Position numbers and translations under genes: made by a program
Source of the DNA: Minisyncoccota bacterium
GTDB lineage: Bacteria; Patescibacteriota; Minisyncoccia; UBA6257; 2-01-FULL-56-20
Direction of reading: 5' to 3'
Length of the DNA stretch: 64,000 nt
NCBI GenBank assembly: GCA_036510525.1
Contig: DATCDU010000020.1
Span: 246 to 64,245 of the forward strand
The notes under the pieces: generated by a model
The model's input: only the letters and a program-made list of their open reading frames with translations
Databases searched by the model: none
Told to the model about the DNA's origin: nothing
Shown: positions 45,977 through 56,946 of the stretch, one piece after another
Layout: every line of letters starts with the position of its first letter
Position numbering within the stretch: the stretch's first letter is position 1

Positions 45977-47499
45977 AATGATCTTCCCAACGGGAACGTC
46001 ATGGAGAACGTATATCCGCTCCCTCCGGTGTTCTGTTGGATGTTAAGCAGTGGAAGGGTCACTGTGCCGAAATGCGGATCGTTCTGGATCGCGTTCTTGA
46101 ATGAAGCGATGTCACTCGTCGTCGGAGCCAGCCCGGAAACGAGGATGGGCGTGCCCGCTGATTGGAAGGAGATCTGATTGATGTTTATACTGTTCGCCGA
46201 TGCGATGGTGTTGATATCGGCGATCAATAGATAATTATTGCTGATCTGGCCTTCGGCGTTCGCCGCCAGCGCGACCGACTGGTTGAACACCGTCGAGGAG
46301 GCCTCAAGGGCCCCCACCTGCGAGGCCTCCGCGCCCGCCTGCGTGAACGCCGACTCCGCCTCGATGCCGGAACGTATCGTATTCAAGAAACTGTCGGCAA
46401 GAATGAGCACGATGACGAGGAATCCCAATACCGTGGGGACGAGCACGCGCCACAAGTTCATAAAATTCACCAACCGCTCCTCGTGGAAAGTATCAAGGGC
46501 GCCGTCGCCGGAGAGGTTGATCTCTTTATCCCTCATGTTCGCGTTGATCCCCCGCAAAGCGCATCCGAGCGCCACGAACCACTCCGGAGACGCTTCTGTT
46601 CCCGCTGGCATGGCCAAGGGAACGACCGGCAGCGGTATCGATGCCGCAACCGCTTCCGCCGCTTCCTTCTCAAACGCCACCGCGGAAATGACGACCCCGG
46701 CGAGCGGATCGGGCCACCGCTGGCCATAAAAATTCACCACCTGCCTCAGGCTTGCCGCAAGAACATCCTCGAATTTTTTCACCGATATCTGTCCTTTCTC
46801 GTCGGCAATATCGCCCCACTGGTTTGCATATTCAAAATACAGATGGCCTTTCCGCACGATGAGAAAGTCTATTCCGGAATTGTCGATGTCGAGCAAAAGG
46901 TACGACTTGCCCGCCTGCATCTCCGTCGTTTTTTCACGTATGTAGCGCACGAGCGCGAGCGCGCGGGACTCTACACCAACCGTCACAAAACCTCCAGCGT
47001 AGAGTGCCTGCACCATCTCATCCACAATGCCCTTATCCGCGAACGCGGCGACGATCTCCAGCCGGAGGCCCGACTCGTCATGCCCCAAAAGCTGCCACCC
47101 GTAATACATATGAGCTACGTCCGCCGGGGAGACCATCTGCACGTTCAGGCCGATCGCCTTATCAAGATCGTCGCCTTCTGCCATGAGCGGCAGCGTGAAC
47201 ACCTGGCTGTACATATTGACGGAGCTCAAAGAAACGATGACGTTCATCTTCTTATCTTTCTTCCGCCCAGACGGCACCTTGGAGCGCAACTCCTTGAGCG
47301 CCGCGCCGAACGCGGCGGCGTCAAGTATCTTTCCTTTTTCAAGCACGCCCGGCGCAAGGCGCACGGCCTCCGTTTTCCATTTGCCCCCTTCGTCATAGAC
47401 GAACCGCAGCACCTGATCGCTCACCTCAAGGCCGCCGGCGGTCGAGCGGATCCGTAGGATGGAAAGTAATTTTTGAAAATACGATTTGATGAGTTGCAT
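45973..47499 (-). CDS. pilM: Type IV pilus assembly PilM (actin-like) fused to PilN/PilO-like membrane region
   Basis: PilM N-terminal ATPase-like domain; internal TM (LVPTVLGFLVIVLILA) followed by a PilN-like region; 508 aa. Confidence 0.65.
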   Translation of the reverse strand: MQLIKSYFQKLLSILRIRSTAGGLEVSDQVLRFVYDEGGKWKTEAVRLAPGVLEKGKILDAAAFGAALKELRSKVPSGRKKDKKMNVIVSLSSVNMYSQVFTLPLMAEGDDLDKAIGLNVQMVSPADVAHMYYGWQLLGHDESGLRLEIVAAFADKGIVDEMVQALYAGGFVTVGVESRALALVRYIREKTTEMQAGKSYLLLDIDNSGIDFLIVRKGHLYFEYANQWGDIADEKGQISVKKFEDVLAASLRQVVNFYGQRWPDPLAGVVISAVAFEKEAAEAVAASIPLPVVPLAMPAGTEASPEWFVALGCALRGINANMRDKEINLSGDGALDTFHEERLVNFMNLWRVLVPTVLGFLVIVLILADSFLNTIRSGIEAESAFTQAGAEASQVGALEASSTVFNQSVALAANAEGQISNNYLLIADINTIASANSININQISFQSAGTPILVSGLAPTTSDIASFKNAIQNDPHFGTVTLPLLNIQQNTGGSGYTFSMTFPLGRSF

Positions 47500-47517
47500 G
47501 GGATCTTATCAGATGAT

Positions 47518-47934
47518 CTATTGAACCTCGGTCCACGAGACGATGTTGATCGCCCCCGTGGAAGCATTCTCCGAAACTATGATTTGGATCTTTTTTGTAT
47601 GAAAGCTGACGGTCGCCGCGGAAAGGATCGTTGCCTCTCCCGACGCGGGCGAATTCTGCGTCACCGTAACCTCTGCCGTCGTGGATGTGCCGACAGCCAC
47701 TGAATATCCCGATGGGTTGGAAAATTGTGAATCCCGATCGAGCTGCAGTAGACCGTCCTCGGCGCCCGCCGTCGCTGCGGATTCCGCGTTGAACGCCGCC
47801 GCGACGCCATATCCCGTATCCAATGACGTTACCGCAAAGAACGCGATCAGGAGTCCCGCCACCGTGACGATTCCTCCGATGAACAACACAACAGCTAAAA
47901 ACGTCTGGCCCTTGTTAAAGGATAGATGCTCCAT
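47518..47934 (-). CDS. Pilin-like/pseudopilin-like protein
   Basis: N-terminal KGQTFLAVVLFIGGIV hydrophobic helix; lacks a canonical E5. Confidence 0.4.
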   Translation of the reverse strand: MEHLSFNKGQTFLAVVLFIGGIVTVAGLLIAFFAVTSLDTGYGVAAAFNAESAATAGAEDGLLQLDRDSQFSNPSGYSVAVGTSTTAEVTVTQNSPASGEATILSAATVSFHTKKIQIIVSENASTGAINIVSWTEVQ

Positions 47935-47965
47935 CCCTATTATTATACCCTATGATCCCCTAGGA

Positions 47966-49990
47966 TCAGTAGATATAGATGGCGTTGAACTTGGTGGCGG
48001 TCGGCGTTGTCGCGGTGGCAGCACATTCATCAATGGTGACGGTATTCAAAGCGGAGACATACCCTTGCCAAGTGACACCACTCCCGGGGTTTTTCTGTGG
48101 CATGACAAACACCGAACCCGTGGATGATACGGCACCCGTGATCGTGACGGTAGCTGTATTACAAGCACCAAGCACCATTGCTGAACCGCCTATCGTTGAC
48201 GCAGTTGATGCGCCGGAAGTTATATTCATAGATGCCGCGGTGATGTTTCCGGTGCTCGTCGTGTTACCCAGCGCGGAGAAGGAGAATGCCGCCGCCTGGT
48301 TGATCGCGGGCGCGCCGTCGGAGCGCATGAAGGTGGTCGCTGAACCGTTGACGGCGCTCGTGCCGATCGAAGCGCTCGGGTTAGCGCCGCTCGGGGTCGA
48401 CGGCCACGCCGTGATGCAGTTCGCGCCATTGATGCAGTAGGCGGCAGCGCTCGAAGATCCGTTTACCGTAAGCGGGAAGGAAGGCGTTGACGTCCCGATG
48501 CCGACTTTGCCGGAAGCACTCACGTCAAAATACACGGAGTTCGAACTGCTCGTGATCTGGAAAATATCACCCGTTTGCCCCGCGGCCCCCAACATTTGGA
48601 AACCGATCGTCGAGGTATCCCCTCTCTCGTTGAAATACGAAGTTCCCCCGCCATTCGCAAATTGTAAGTACGCAGCGGTTTGTGTCGGGTCTTGATAATA
48701 CTGCGAATTCACAACATTGGTGCCTATGATGCCGCTTCCGCTGCCTACCGTCAAAGTTCCAGTTATGCCGACGTTGCCATTACTGCCAATGGTAACCCGA
48801 CTTCCATACAGATAGAGATTCGGAGATGACGTGCCGGCATCCACCGAAATGGTTGGCCCCGCGGTATAGCTGTTTGAAAAAATCAGAGTAGGAGCGGTAG
48901 AATAATTATTTATTTGCACATTACCGCTCTGAGTAGTAAAATTGCCTCCCACACTCAGTGCATTACCTGATATGGGCGCCGTCCCGATGCCAACGCCACC
49001 ACCGTTATAATAGATGCCAGTGCTCGTCGTGGTCCACTGGCTTGATCCGCCACCACCGCACGTTCCCCCGCATGTGATGTTGCCCGTGGCGTAAATATTG
49101 CCGACTACCGTGAGCGGTGACGCCGGCGTCGTCGTCCCGATGCCGACGAAGCCGTATCTATTAACGGAAAGATATTCCGTCATAGGACATCCACCGCTGC
49201 AATCACCAGAGATGGAGATCCTTTCGTTCGCCGTATTGACGGAAGAACTCGGCACCGAAATTTCGAACCGTTCGCTCTGATCATCGACCCTAAAGCCAAT
49301 TGCGGGACTCCCCACACCGCTGGCTCCGTCATATCCTACCCGAATACCGGTGCCATAGTTAGCGCCATTGTCATTATCTCTTACTAAAAGCTGTCCGCCA
49401 TATACATCCAATGAGCTCAGTGGATTCGACGCTCCGATGCCGATGAAGCCGCTTGTGGCAATCACGAGAGTCGCATAGGCGTCCGCGCGGGCGTTAATGT
49501 CGATATTACCGGCGCCCCAGTCGGAAATTATAAAATCACCGGGGTTATCGTTCACGAGAAATGTGTTGGCACCACCAGGTTCAACACCCAGAACACCAAA
49601 GCCGCCTGTGTTATTCCCTGAGTCATAAATTAAAAGATACGTCTCATTGCCGTCGCCGGTGGAACTCGCACCGATACTGACCGTGCCAGGAAAGTCATAT
49701 TCCCCACCACCCGTATTGTCGCCAAATTTGCCTTCGGAAACGTTCGCGGCGCTTATCAATGAACCACCAAGGCCGCTCGCCGAGATAGTGCCTGTCACGT
49801 TAAGGTTTCCGCCAATGTAAACGTTGTTCGAACTATCGGTGCCGATCGCGCCATTGCCCCCGGAAGGATTCTGCGTTGGGCCGTTGAACGCGGATGCGCC
49901 GAGTGTGGACCAAAAGAATATCCCGACAAGGAGAACGCCGGCCGCGATCGCGAAGATGTGGATTTTTTTAAACGATGGCGGCTGGTTCAT
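47966..49990 (-). CDS. Large Gly-rich surface repeat protein (tail-fibre-like VGIGTxxP repeats), N-terminal TM
   Basis: Repeated IGIGASNPLSSLDV / VGIGTTTPASPLTV / VGIGTSTPSFPLTV units; 674 aa. Confidence 0.55.
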   Translation of the reverse strand: MNQPPSFKKIHIFAIAAGVLLVGIFFWSTLGASAFNGPTQNPSGGNGAIGTDSSNNVYIGGNLNVTGTISASGLGGSLISAANVSEGKFGDNTGGGEYDFPGTVSIGASSTGDGNETYLLIYDSGNNTGGFGVLGVEPGGANTFLVNDNPGDFIISDWGAGNIDINARADAYATLVIATSGFIGIGASNPLSSLDVYGGQLLVRDNDNGANYGTGIRVGYDGASGVGSPAIGFRVDDQSERFEISVPSSSVNTANERISISGDCSGGCPMTEYLSVNRYGFVGIGTTTPASPLTVVGNIYATGNITCGGTCGGGGSSQWTTTSTGIYYNGGGVGIGTAPISGNALSVGGNFTTQSGNVQINNYSTAPTLIFSNSYTAGPTISVDAGTSSPNLYLYGSRVTIGSNGNVGITGTLTVGSGSGIIGTNVVNSQYYQDPTQTAAYLQFANGGGTSYFNERGDTSTIGFQMLGAAGQTGDIFQITSSSNSVYFDVSASGKVGIGTSTPSFPLTVNGSSSAAAYCINGANCITAWPSTPSGANPSASIGTSAVNGSATTFMRSDGAPAINQAAAFSFSALGNTTSTGNITAASMNITSGASTASTIGGSAMVLGACNTATVTITGAVSSTGSVFVMPQKNPGSGVTWQGYVSALNTVTIDECAATATTPTATKFNAIYIY

Positions 49991-49994
49991 TGCT

Positions 49995-50471
49995 TCATTT
50001 TAATGACGATGAGGCCGTGGAAGTTGAGGTCGGGGTCGGGGGTTGCTGCGTGGGAGCGCCGTTCGGCTGCTGCGCCGCGGCACCCGCCGCCGGATTCGCC
50101 ATTGCTTCCGCCACACTGCTCGTGCTCGAGAGTCGCGTCCACCAAACGATGTCCTGGGAGTTGAAATACACCGCGTCCGACGGTCCCCACGCCACCTGGC
50201 TGAACGGATATACGCCGGCGGTTGCCTGACCTTGCGCGTTCGTGCCGCTCTGGAGGAACCACGGATCTTCTATATGCGGCGAAGGAGACCAATCAAGTAT
50301 GCCGAAGTACACCGCGCCCGTAGAAAGGTATACTGCGGAATACGGCGAAAGCGAAGCGCCGTTTGTCGGCGTGCCGCCGCTCACGTGCGTTCCAACCAGA
50401 ACGCCAACGCCTATCAGAAATGCTGCGACCACGACGATTATAATGATAGCGGTACTCTTTGAAAGGTGCAT
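49995..50471 (-). CDS. Membrane-anchored hypothetical protein
   Basis: N-terminal TM; 158 aa. Confidence 0.4.
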   Translation of the reverse strand: MHLSKSTAIIIIVVVAAFLIGVGVLVGTHVSGGTPTNGASLSPYSAVYLSTGAVYFGILDWSPSPHIEDPWFLQSGTNAQGQATAGVYPFSQVAWGPSDAVYFNSQDIVWWTRLSSTSSVAEAMANPAAGAAAQQPNGAPTQQPPTPTSTSTASSSLK

Positions 50472-50504
50472 ATTTTTTAATTAATTATTTATTTTAATTA
50501 TACC

Positions 50505-51083
50505 TTAATCCGCCGTCACGATGAGATGCCCGACGGGACCTTTGGATGGACCGCCGCATGACCCGCAATAGAAGGTGAAATCGCCGACCCCTGACGCCTG
50601 GAATTGGATGGTCTGCGTCTTTCCCTTTGCGATCGGATCGTTGAAGTGATACTGCGGCAGAGTGAACGCGTAGTTCGCATCCACGGCGGTCATTTCAAGA
50701 TTCACCGTATCCCCCGTTTTCACGATCACCGTATTTGGGGAATACGCGCTGCCGTCAATGCTGATATTGAAACTGCGGTAACTCACATCTCCGGATGGAC
50801 TTCCCGGGCCCTGCACCACGGGAACGGCGACGTTCGAAGGAGTGCTTGTCGAACCCTTGTTGGGGGCAACGGTGCCCGCGGGAACCGCCGCTGTCGTTGA
50901 AGACGTCAGGGCGGCCAACCTGGCGAGCGGTGTGCTCGTGGATTGTGCCCGGTTTGAAGGCTGGGTTGCATTCGAAACCGCACCGCCTTTCCCATGCAAT
51001 GCATATACGATGATCACGACAACAACGATCAGTACCACCACTCCGACGACGACCTCTATTATTATCTTCTTCTTCTCATCCAT
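50505..51083 (-). CDS. Membrane-anchored cupredoxin-like protein
   Basis: TM helix, then a beta-rich domain ending in a FYCGSCGGPSKGPVGHL Cys/His cluster. Confidence 0.45.
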   Translation of the reverse strand: MDEKKKIIIEVVVGVVVLIVVVVIIVYALHGKGGAVSNATQPSNRAQSTSTPLARLAALTSSTTAAVPAGTVAPNKGSTSTPSNVAVPVVQGPGSPSGDVSYRSFNISIDGSAYSPNTVIVKTGDTVNLEMTAVDANYAFTLPQYHFNDPIAKGKTQTIQFQASGVGDFTFYCGSCGGPSKGPVGHLIVTAD

Positions 51084-51107
51084 AAAATTATTATAGCATT
51101 CCCTCTA

Positions 51108-51914
51108 TTAATAGATCGTTCGCCAAGCGACCGTTCCCGACGCGTTCGAGGCGCAGAGATAGAGGTCATCCTTTGAACCGCCGTTGTTTGCGAACCACAG
51201 CGTCCCGCGGATGGAGGTGCTGCACGTCGGCTCGGAAACGCCGGTCGGATTGAGGCGGAAGCCGCCGTTCACTTCCAGTGGCTGCGAGGGGCTCGTGTCC
51301 CCGCTCCCGATCCCGACATTGTTCCCGCTGAAGTTGATGACACCATTGATGGGATTCCAATAATACGTGGAGTTTCCCAAGGGCTCTCCTCCCGCCGACG
51401 GCAGGACGCTCGTATCAAACGTCGCGGCGGAAACATGTTCCACCGTGGATTGAAAGAGTTGGCTGAACGCCTGCTCCGCGTTCAGGGTGTTGTAGGCCAT
51501 CGTGAACGAGACGCTCACCGTGTCGTGCCCCGGAGGATTCGTGTTGCGCGTGAAAGAAAGATTTGTGACGTTCACTTTCGGCGACGTGAGCGCCTGCAAA
51601 GTTCCGGTCGCCGTTTGCTGCAAATACACCGTCCCGCTCGAGAGCGTGATGTACGACGGATCGAGCGACGAGCTCGCTACATAGAATACCAGCGTGGATG
51701 GCGTAGAGGTAGGAGTGATCACGCTTGCCGACTCCACATAATATTGCACCTTCTGCAAGAGGAACTGGCTCTCCTGATTCACCGCCTGCGAGGAGGACGA
51801 CTGCGCCTGTATCTGGAGGATCACCACCAGTATGCCAATGAATGCAACGATGATCACGGAGAAGATCGCTATCGAAACCAGCATTTCAACCAGCGTGAAT
51901 CCTTTCTTGTTCAT
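51108..51914 (-). CDS. Type IV pilin-like protein
   Basis: Prepilin N-terminus MNKKGFTLVEMLVSIAIFSVII. Confidence 0.7.
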   Translation of the reverse strand: MNKKGFTLVEMLVSIAIFSVIIVAFIGILVVILQIQAQSSSSQAVNQESQFLLQKVQYYVESASVITPTSTPSTLVFYVASSSLDPSYITLSSGTVYLQQTATGTLQALTSPKVNVTNLSFTRNTNPPGHDTVSVSFTMAYNTLNAEQAFSQLFQSTVEHVSAATFDTSVLPSAGGEPLGNSTYYWNPINGVINFSGNNVGIGSGDTSPSQPLEVNGGFRLNPTGVSEPTCSTSIRGTLWFANNGGSKDDLYLCASNASGTVAWRTIY

Positions 51915-51942
51915 TACTATTGATTATATCATGCTCGCACGA

Positions 51943-54579
51943 TCACTTGCTCCAGTTCACTTGAATGCCCGTCACCGTGGGTGTTGCTGACCCGGTCTGG
52001 TCGGTGGAGAGAATGGCGCGGTAGCGGAAATATCTTCCGTTGAGCACGGGGTAATTGGTGAGTGGGACCGGGACGCCGGGGATGCCGGTGTACGTGGTGG
52101 CCGAAGTGCCGTCGGGGCCCACAAAATTCCACGGGCCGCTTGAGCTGCTGGCTACGGCGAACTGGAACCCGACCGCGGTGGACGACGGCGCGGAGCCCTG
52201 CCACGTCACCGAGTTGAGCTGCGCCCCGCTCGTGACGCCCGTGTCGAACGTTGCCGAATCAAGCGTGCCCGTCGCCTCCACTCCGGCGGCGGTCCACGTG
52301 GTCACGACATCGTATTGAGACGTGCCGCAATTAGACGTGTTGCTACAATTGAACGATATCCAGCCGAGCGTGTCGTTCCATGCCCATCCGGAGAAGACTC
52401 CGGTAGAAGGATTGATGACAACCTGATACGTCGGACTCGACGGACACACCCATGTCGATCCGCTCAACGTGGAACCTCCGCCGGATGAGTTGCCACAGAA
52501 CGAGATCCAGCCATACGTGTCGTTCCACGCCCATCCCGCGAGGTTACCACTGCCGTCGTTGCTCACGCCGTAGTTACTCGTCCCGCAAATATTCCCGCCT
52601 GGAGAGGTAGTGCAATCCAGTGAGATATTTCCCGCCGAGGAGCTGGCGTATCCGGTAAGCTTTGTGGCTGACACAATAATATTGTGCGTGTCGTAAAAAT
52701 CCATCCAGCCGATCGCGTCATTCCACGCCCAATGTTGGGAGGATGAGGAGCTGATGTTCGTGCCGCCGGTGGCGGTGCCGGCACCGCCGACGATAGCTAT
52801 GCCAGTAGGTTCATCACCATCAAAAATTGCGTTGCCGAAGGCCCCTTCGATCGTGCCGGTAGAGGAAAATTCGTCGATCGTCACATTGTTTCCGTCCGCC
52901 GTCCATACATTGCCGTTTGCATCAACGGCATCGGCAAAACCATAGGAGGGGGTGTAGCCGGTGGTCTGATTTTCATACGCGCCGGCAGTAGAGAACTCCT
53001 CGAGGCGGTTGTTAGACGCATCAACCACCCAAATATTGCCGCTTGCATCGAAGGTGATGCCGGTTGGATTGTAGAGATAGCCATTACCGGTGCCATAAGA
53101 CCCGAACTGGAAGTGATACGCATACGTGGTGCCACTCGCGATAAACTCCTCGACACGATCATTGCCATCATCCACTGCCCAAAGATCGCCGCTCGAATCG
53201 AAAGCCAGGCCTTCGGGAATATTGAATTGGCCAGTGCTGCTGCCGTAGGACCCAAACTTGCTCATATACGTGCCGGTAGCGGAGAACTCCTCTATGCGAT
53301 TACTGCCTTGGTCTGAGATTAAGATGTCGCCACTCGAGTTAATGGCGATGCCGTGTGAATTCTCAAACTTTCCATCGGTGGTGCCGTAGGATCCAAAAAG
53401 AACGCTCTCAGTCGTGCCGGTGGCTGAATATTCCTGGACTTTTTCTTCGTTATCCACCCAGAGGTTTCCGCTCGGGTCGATGGCGAGAGTGACAGGGTTG
53501 TCTATTCCTACGGTAAATCCGCCTTCGTAAGTTCCAGTGGCGGAGAATTCATCAAGCTGGTTGCTGAACGGAACCGCCACCCAGATGTTGCCAGCACCAG
53601 CGACGAGGTTGTTATTGTTCGTCGTGAACATGTAATCGCTCGACGTAGCGACGAGTCCGTCGGAGCTCACGACCTGGTAGTGATACGTGGTCGACGGCGT
53701 AAGGCCGGTCAGGGTTACTGAGTGGGCAGTGACGTAACTGCTGTTGTAAGTGGAAGAATTGGTATAGGTCGTGCTCGTGCCAAAGTTCACCAAGGAGTCG
53801 GCGCCCAGGTTTGTGTTCCAAGTGACGACGGCCGTAAGAATACCGGGAGAGGAAGTGGCATTCGAGATCGCGGCAGTGGAAGATGCATACGCGACGATGA
53901 TGCCGAGTTGTTCCCCCGCCGTCCCGCCATCTGTCATCTTCCCGGTAAAATTGCCCGTTGCGGTACTCGTCTGCATTTCAAGCGCATCGTAATCGTTTGC
54001 TGAACTAGAGGTGGCGTTCTGTAAATGCGACCATCCTGTTCCAGCGGAATAGACACCGTGGGTTGCCGCTCCGCAGAAGTTGACAACAAGGTCATTGGCA
54101 TTCGTCGTTGTGATCTGCGGGGAGGAACAGGTTGTGGTCGCACCGGCATTGTCCAATGATGCCATTTGGTCCACGCCGCATGTCACCCCATGCGCCTCAT
54201 ACAACAACACGTCACCCAGCTCAAAACCACTTCCATTGAAGGTGAAGTGCACCGTGTCCGCGCCCGTTGAGCCAGCCGGAGCACAAGCGACCATCGCCGT
54301 ATCGCCGTCGCCCTCTTGACTCGTAGTCGTTGCGATATGCCATGTATTCCCTTTCGAATCGGAGATTGACAAGGTATCGTTCGCTTCGTATCCATCATAC
54401 ACTGACGCGTAGAGAGTGTCCCCCGCCGTCACGTTGGTGGAAAATGCAACGCCAGTGGTACCCGCCACGTCCGATCCTCCATTGCTTTGCACAAAAGTTA
54501 TCGCCGCGTGCGCGGGCGCGGCCTGGAGTCCAAACGAAAACAGGACGAGCGCGATGAATATAAAAAGATACTTCTTCAT
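51943..54579 (-). CDS. Secreted NHL-repeat (six-bladed beta-propeller) protein with Ig/FN3-like domains
   Basis: Signal peptide; repeated NHL units (GIAIDPSGNLWV.., GIAINSSGDILISDQGSNRIEEF.., GLAFDSSGDLWAVDDGNDRVEEF..); 878 aa. Confidence 0.7.
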   Translation of the reverse strand: MKKYLFIFIALVLFSFGLQAAPAHAAITFVQSNGGSDVAGTTGVAFSTNVTAGDTLYASVYDGYEANDTLSISDSKGNTWHIATTTSQEGDGDTAMVACAPAGSTGADTVHFTFNGSGFELGDVLLYEAHGVTCGVDQMASLDNAGATTTCSSPQITTTNANDLVVNFCGAATHGVYSAGTGWSHLQNATSSSANDYDALEMQTSTATGNFTGKMTDGGTAGEQLGIIVAYASSTAAISNATSSPGILTAVVTWNTNLGADSLVNFGTSTTYTNSSTYNSSYVTAHSVTLTGLTPSTTYHYQVVSSDGLVATSSDYMFTTNNNNLVAGAGNIWVAVPFSNQLDEFSATGTYEGGFTVGIDNPVTLAIDPSGNLWVDNEEKVQEYSATGTTESVLFGSYGTTDGKFENSHGIAINSSGDILISDQGSNRIEEFSATGTYMSKFGSYGSSTGQFNIPEGLAFDSSGDLWAVDDGNDRVEEFIASGTTYAYHFQFGSYGTGNGYLYNPTGITFDASGNIWVVDASNNRLEEFSTAGAYENQTTGYTPSYGFADAVDANGNVWTADGNNVTIDEFSSTGTIEGAFGNAIFDGDEPTGIAIVGGAGTATGGTNISSSSSQHWAWNDAIGWMDFYDTHNIIVSATKLTGYASSSAGNISLDCTTSPGGNICGTSNYGVSNDGSGNLAGWAWNDTYGWISFCGNSSGGGSTLSGSTWVCPSSPTYQVVINPSTGVFSGWAWNDTLGWISFNCSNTSNCGTSQYDVVTTWTAAGVEATGTLDSATFDTGVTSGAQLNSVTWQGSAPSSTAVGFQFAVASSSSGPWNFVGPDGTSATTYTGIPGVPVPLTNYPVLNGRYFRYRAILSTDQTGSATPTVTGIQVNWSK

Positions 54580-54636
54580 ATTATATTAATAGTATAGCCG
54601 ATGTTCAAAAAAGAACTAAATAATTTTCGCATAGTA

Positions 54637-55254
54637 TTAGAGATTGACATAGATCGCCCCGGTCGTCGACGCGTAATCGATGTTGGACGATGACGTGAAT
54701 TGATTGTTGGTAGAGGTCACCGCACTGCTCGCGTTCGGGCCGCCGGACCAGTCGGTCTGACTGAACACCTGGTCATTATTTCTTGTGACATACGTGCTGA
54801 TCGTGCTCGTCACGCCGTGCGGCGTCCAATTGTACACGGCGAAGATCTGCTTGGTAGAGGGATCGTACGTATTGCCGGTCGAGGTCGTCGCGATGACTCC
54901 CCCACTGCGATACACATCGCCGACGTAAAAATAATCGGTGTACGTCGTCGTTGCGATCACGATGGACTGAATCCCCGACGTGGCGGTGTATGGCGAGGAA
55001 GAAGTGACGAGATAATATTGGTTGGCGGTGCCGGTGGCGAGCGAAAGGATATTGTTCCAGTTTCCTTCAGACCACACGCGTACATTATTAAGGAGGCTCT
55101 GCGCGTTCGTCGCGGCGACCTGTATCTTTCCGGCCTGCCCGCTCTCAAGCAACGACGGAGCGATGATCGTCGCCATCCCTCCAAGAAAGATGGCACCGAT
55201 GGCGATGGCGATCATGAGTTCCACGAAAGATTGTCCTGATCGAAGTTGTTTCAT
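54637..55254 (-). CDS. Type IV pilin-like protein
   Basis: GQSFVELMIAIAIGAIFLGG prepilin-type N-terminus. Confidence 0.6.
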   Translation of the reverse strand: MKQLRSGQSFVELMIAIAIGAIFLGGMATIIAPSLLESGQAGKIQVAATNAQSLLNNVRVWSEGNWNNILSLATGTANQYYLVTSSSPYTATSGIQSIVIATTTYTDYFYVGDVYRSGGVIATTSTGNTYDPSTKQIFAVYNWTPHGVTSTISTYVTRNNDQVFSQTDWSGGPNASSAVTSTNNQFTSSSNIDYASTTGAIYVNL

Positions 55255-55258
55255 GGTA

Positions 55259-55729
55259 TTAGTAACTGACGCTACCGGATGATGCGATGGATATAGTGGA
55301 TGAGAATGCGGTGTTTTCCTTCGGCATATACAGCCCGATGCTCGTGGAGACGGATGAGAGGCCGCTCACGGACGAGAAGATCACGTCAAGCGTCGCGCCC
55401 CGCGCAAGCGTAGAGGTGGTGAAGGCCACCGTCGAAGGCAATCGGTACAAGCCGCCGACGACCGTCGCCGTGCTATAACTCGTCTGGAAAAGTGCATAGA
55501 ACGGCGCGGTATTAGTGGCGTTTGAAAAGTGGACCCCCCACGCCACATCTGATTCCTGATCCATCGAGTCCACCTGCGCCTGCCGCAGGAGCGATCCGAT
55601 CTGCTGGTCCGTGACAATGAGGTCGGTCTCGACCTTTCGTGTGCCAAGATTCGAGAACACCACCGCGCCGGTGACGATCACGATCGTGAGGACAATGAGG
55701 AGTTCTATGAGCGTGAATCCTTTCTTCAC
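55259..55729 (-). CDS. Type IV pilin-like protein
   Basis: MKKGFTLIELLIVLTIVIV. Confidence 0.7.
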   Translation of the reverse strand: MKKGFTLIELLIVLTIVIVTGAVVFSNLGTRKVETDLIVTDQQIGSLLRQAQVDSMDQESDVAWGVHFSNATNTAPFYALFQTSYSTATVVGGLYRLPSTVAFTTSTLARGATLDVIFSSVSGLSSVSTSIGLYMPKENTAFSSTISIASSGSVSY

Positions 55730-56937
55730 TAGAATTGCGTGGTCAATTGGTAGATAGGGACGATGATAGAGAGTGCGATCACGGCCACCATGACGCCCAT
55801 CACGAGGAGCATCGCCGGCTCAAGCAACGAGACGAGCGCTTTGATGTTGGCGTCGATGTTGGATTCGTAAAATTGTGCGAGGGTGTCGAGCACCTCTTCA
55901 AGGTGTCCGGCTTTCTCGGAAACCGAGACGAGGTTGGAGACGATCTTGGGGAATACCGTTTCGCGGTGGAACGCTTCGCCGATCGTGAGCCCCTTTGTCA
56001 ACCCGTCGTTCGCGATGCGGAGGAGCGCCGCACGATATGAATCCGAACCGACGGTCTCGGCGGCAATGTTGATCGTCTGCACGATCGGTAACCCGGCGCG
56101 CATGAGCGAACTCATGGTGGACGCCATACGCTGGATGGCAAGCTCCTGATACACCGTCCGCACGAGCGGGAGCATCGTCATGATGTGATTGAACTCCCTC
56201 TTCCCCACCTCCGTCTTCATCACTGCCCATATGAGCGCTCCGACAACGATGAGCACCGCCGGAAGGATGATGAAGATGTTCCCTCCGATAAAAAGTCCCA
56301 CGGTGAACACGACCCGTGAAAACCATGGCGGAGTGATGCCGCTTTGCGAGAACACGTTCGCCACCTTCGGCAGCGCGAACGTGACGAGGAAGATCATGAT
56401 CGCCGAGGCGATGCAGACCAATACGATCGGGTAGATCATCGCAGACCGTATCTTGCTGCGGATCTCTGACTCTTTCTCGAATGAAGTGCTCAAGGTCTCG
56501 AATGTCTTCTGCAAACTCCCCGACTGCTCGGCGGCTTTTACCAGATTGATGACGGTCGGCGAAAAATCCTTCGGGTGGCGGGCGAACGCCTGGTAGAACG
56601 GCTGGCCTTTGCTCAGATCCTCGCGTACCTCCAAAAGGAAATTGCGCATCGCCGGCTTGTCGAAATCAAGGATGAGGATGTTGATGGCAGAAAGCAGGTC
56701 CGTTCCCACCCGCAGCATGAGTGCCAGATATTTCGTGAGGAATACCTTGTCTGCCGTATTGATCCCGCCAAAAAGACCGGCCATAAAACCGATCTTGGTT
56801 TCCTTCATCGGTTTCACGGAAACCGGACGCAGCTGCTTGCTGCCGAGGAACCGCAGGACGTCGTTCAGCGCGTCGGCCTCGTATTCCCCCTCCGTCATCT
56901 TTCCTCCATCATCGGCGGCAACGTAATGGAACAGCAT
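55729..56937 (-). CDS. pilC: Type IV pilus assembly platform protein PilC (GspF family)
   Basis: Two GspF repeats, 3 TM; 402 aa. Confidence 0.85.
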   Translation of the reverse strand: MLFHYVAADDGGKMTEGEYEADALNDVLRFLGSKQLRPVSVKPMKETKIGFMAGLFGGINTADKVFLTKYLALMLRVGTDLLSAINILILDFDKPAMRNFLLEVREDLSKGQPFYQAFARHPKDFSPTVINLVKAAEQSGSLQKTFETLSTSFEKESEIRSKIRSAMIYPIVLVCIASAIMIFLVTFALPKVANVFSQSGITPPWFSRVVFTVGLFIGGNIFIILPAVLIVVGALIWAVMKTEVGKREFNHIMTMLPLVRTVYQELAIQRMASTMSSLMRAGLPIVQTINIAAETVGSDSYRAALLRIANDGLTKGLTIGEAFHRETVFPKIVSNLVSVSEKAGHLEEVLDTLAQFYESNIDANIKALVSLLEPAMLLVMGVMVAVIALSIIVPIYQLTTQF

Positions 56938-56946
56938 ATCTATATA

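Noticed and set aside
47979-49280. Plus-strand ORFs inside the 674-aa Gly-rich protein gene
   Set aside because: Antisense to a long repeat-rich ORF; Gly-codon richness leaves the opposite strand open.
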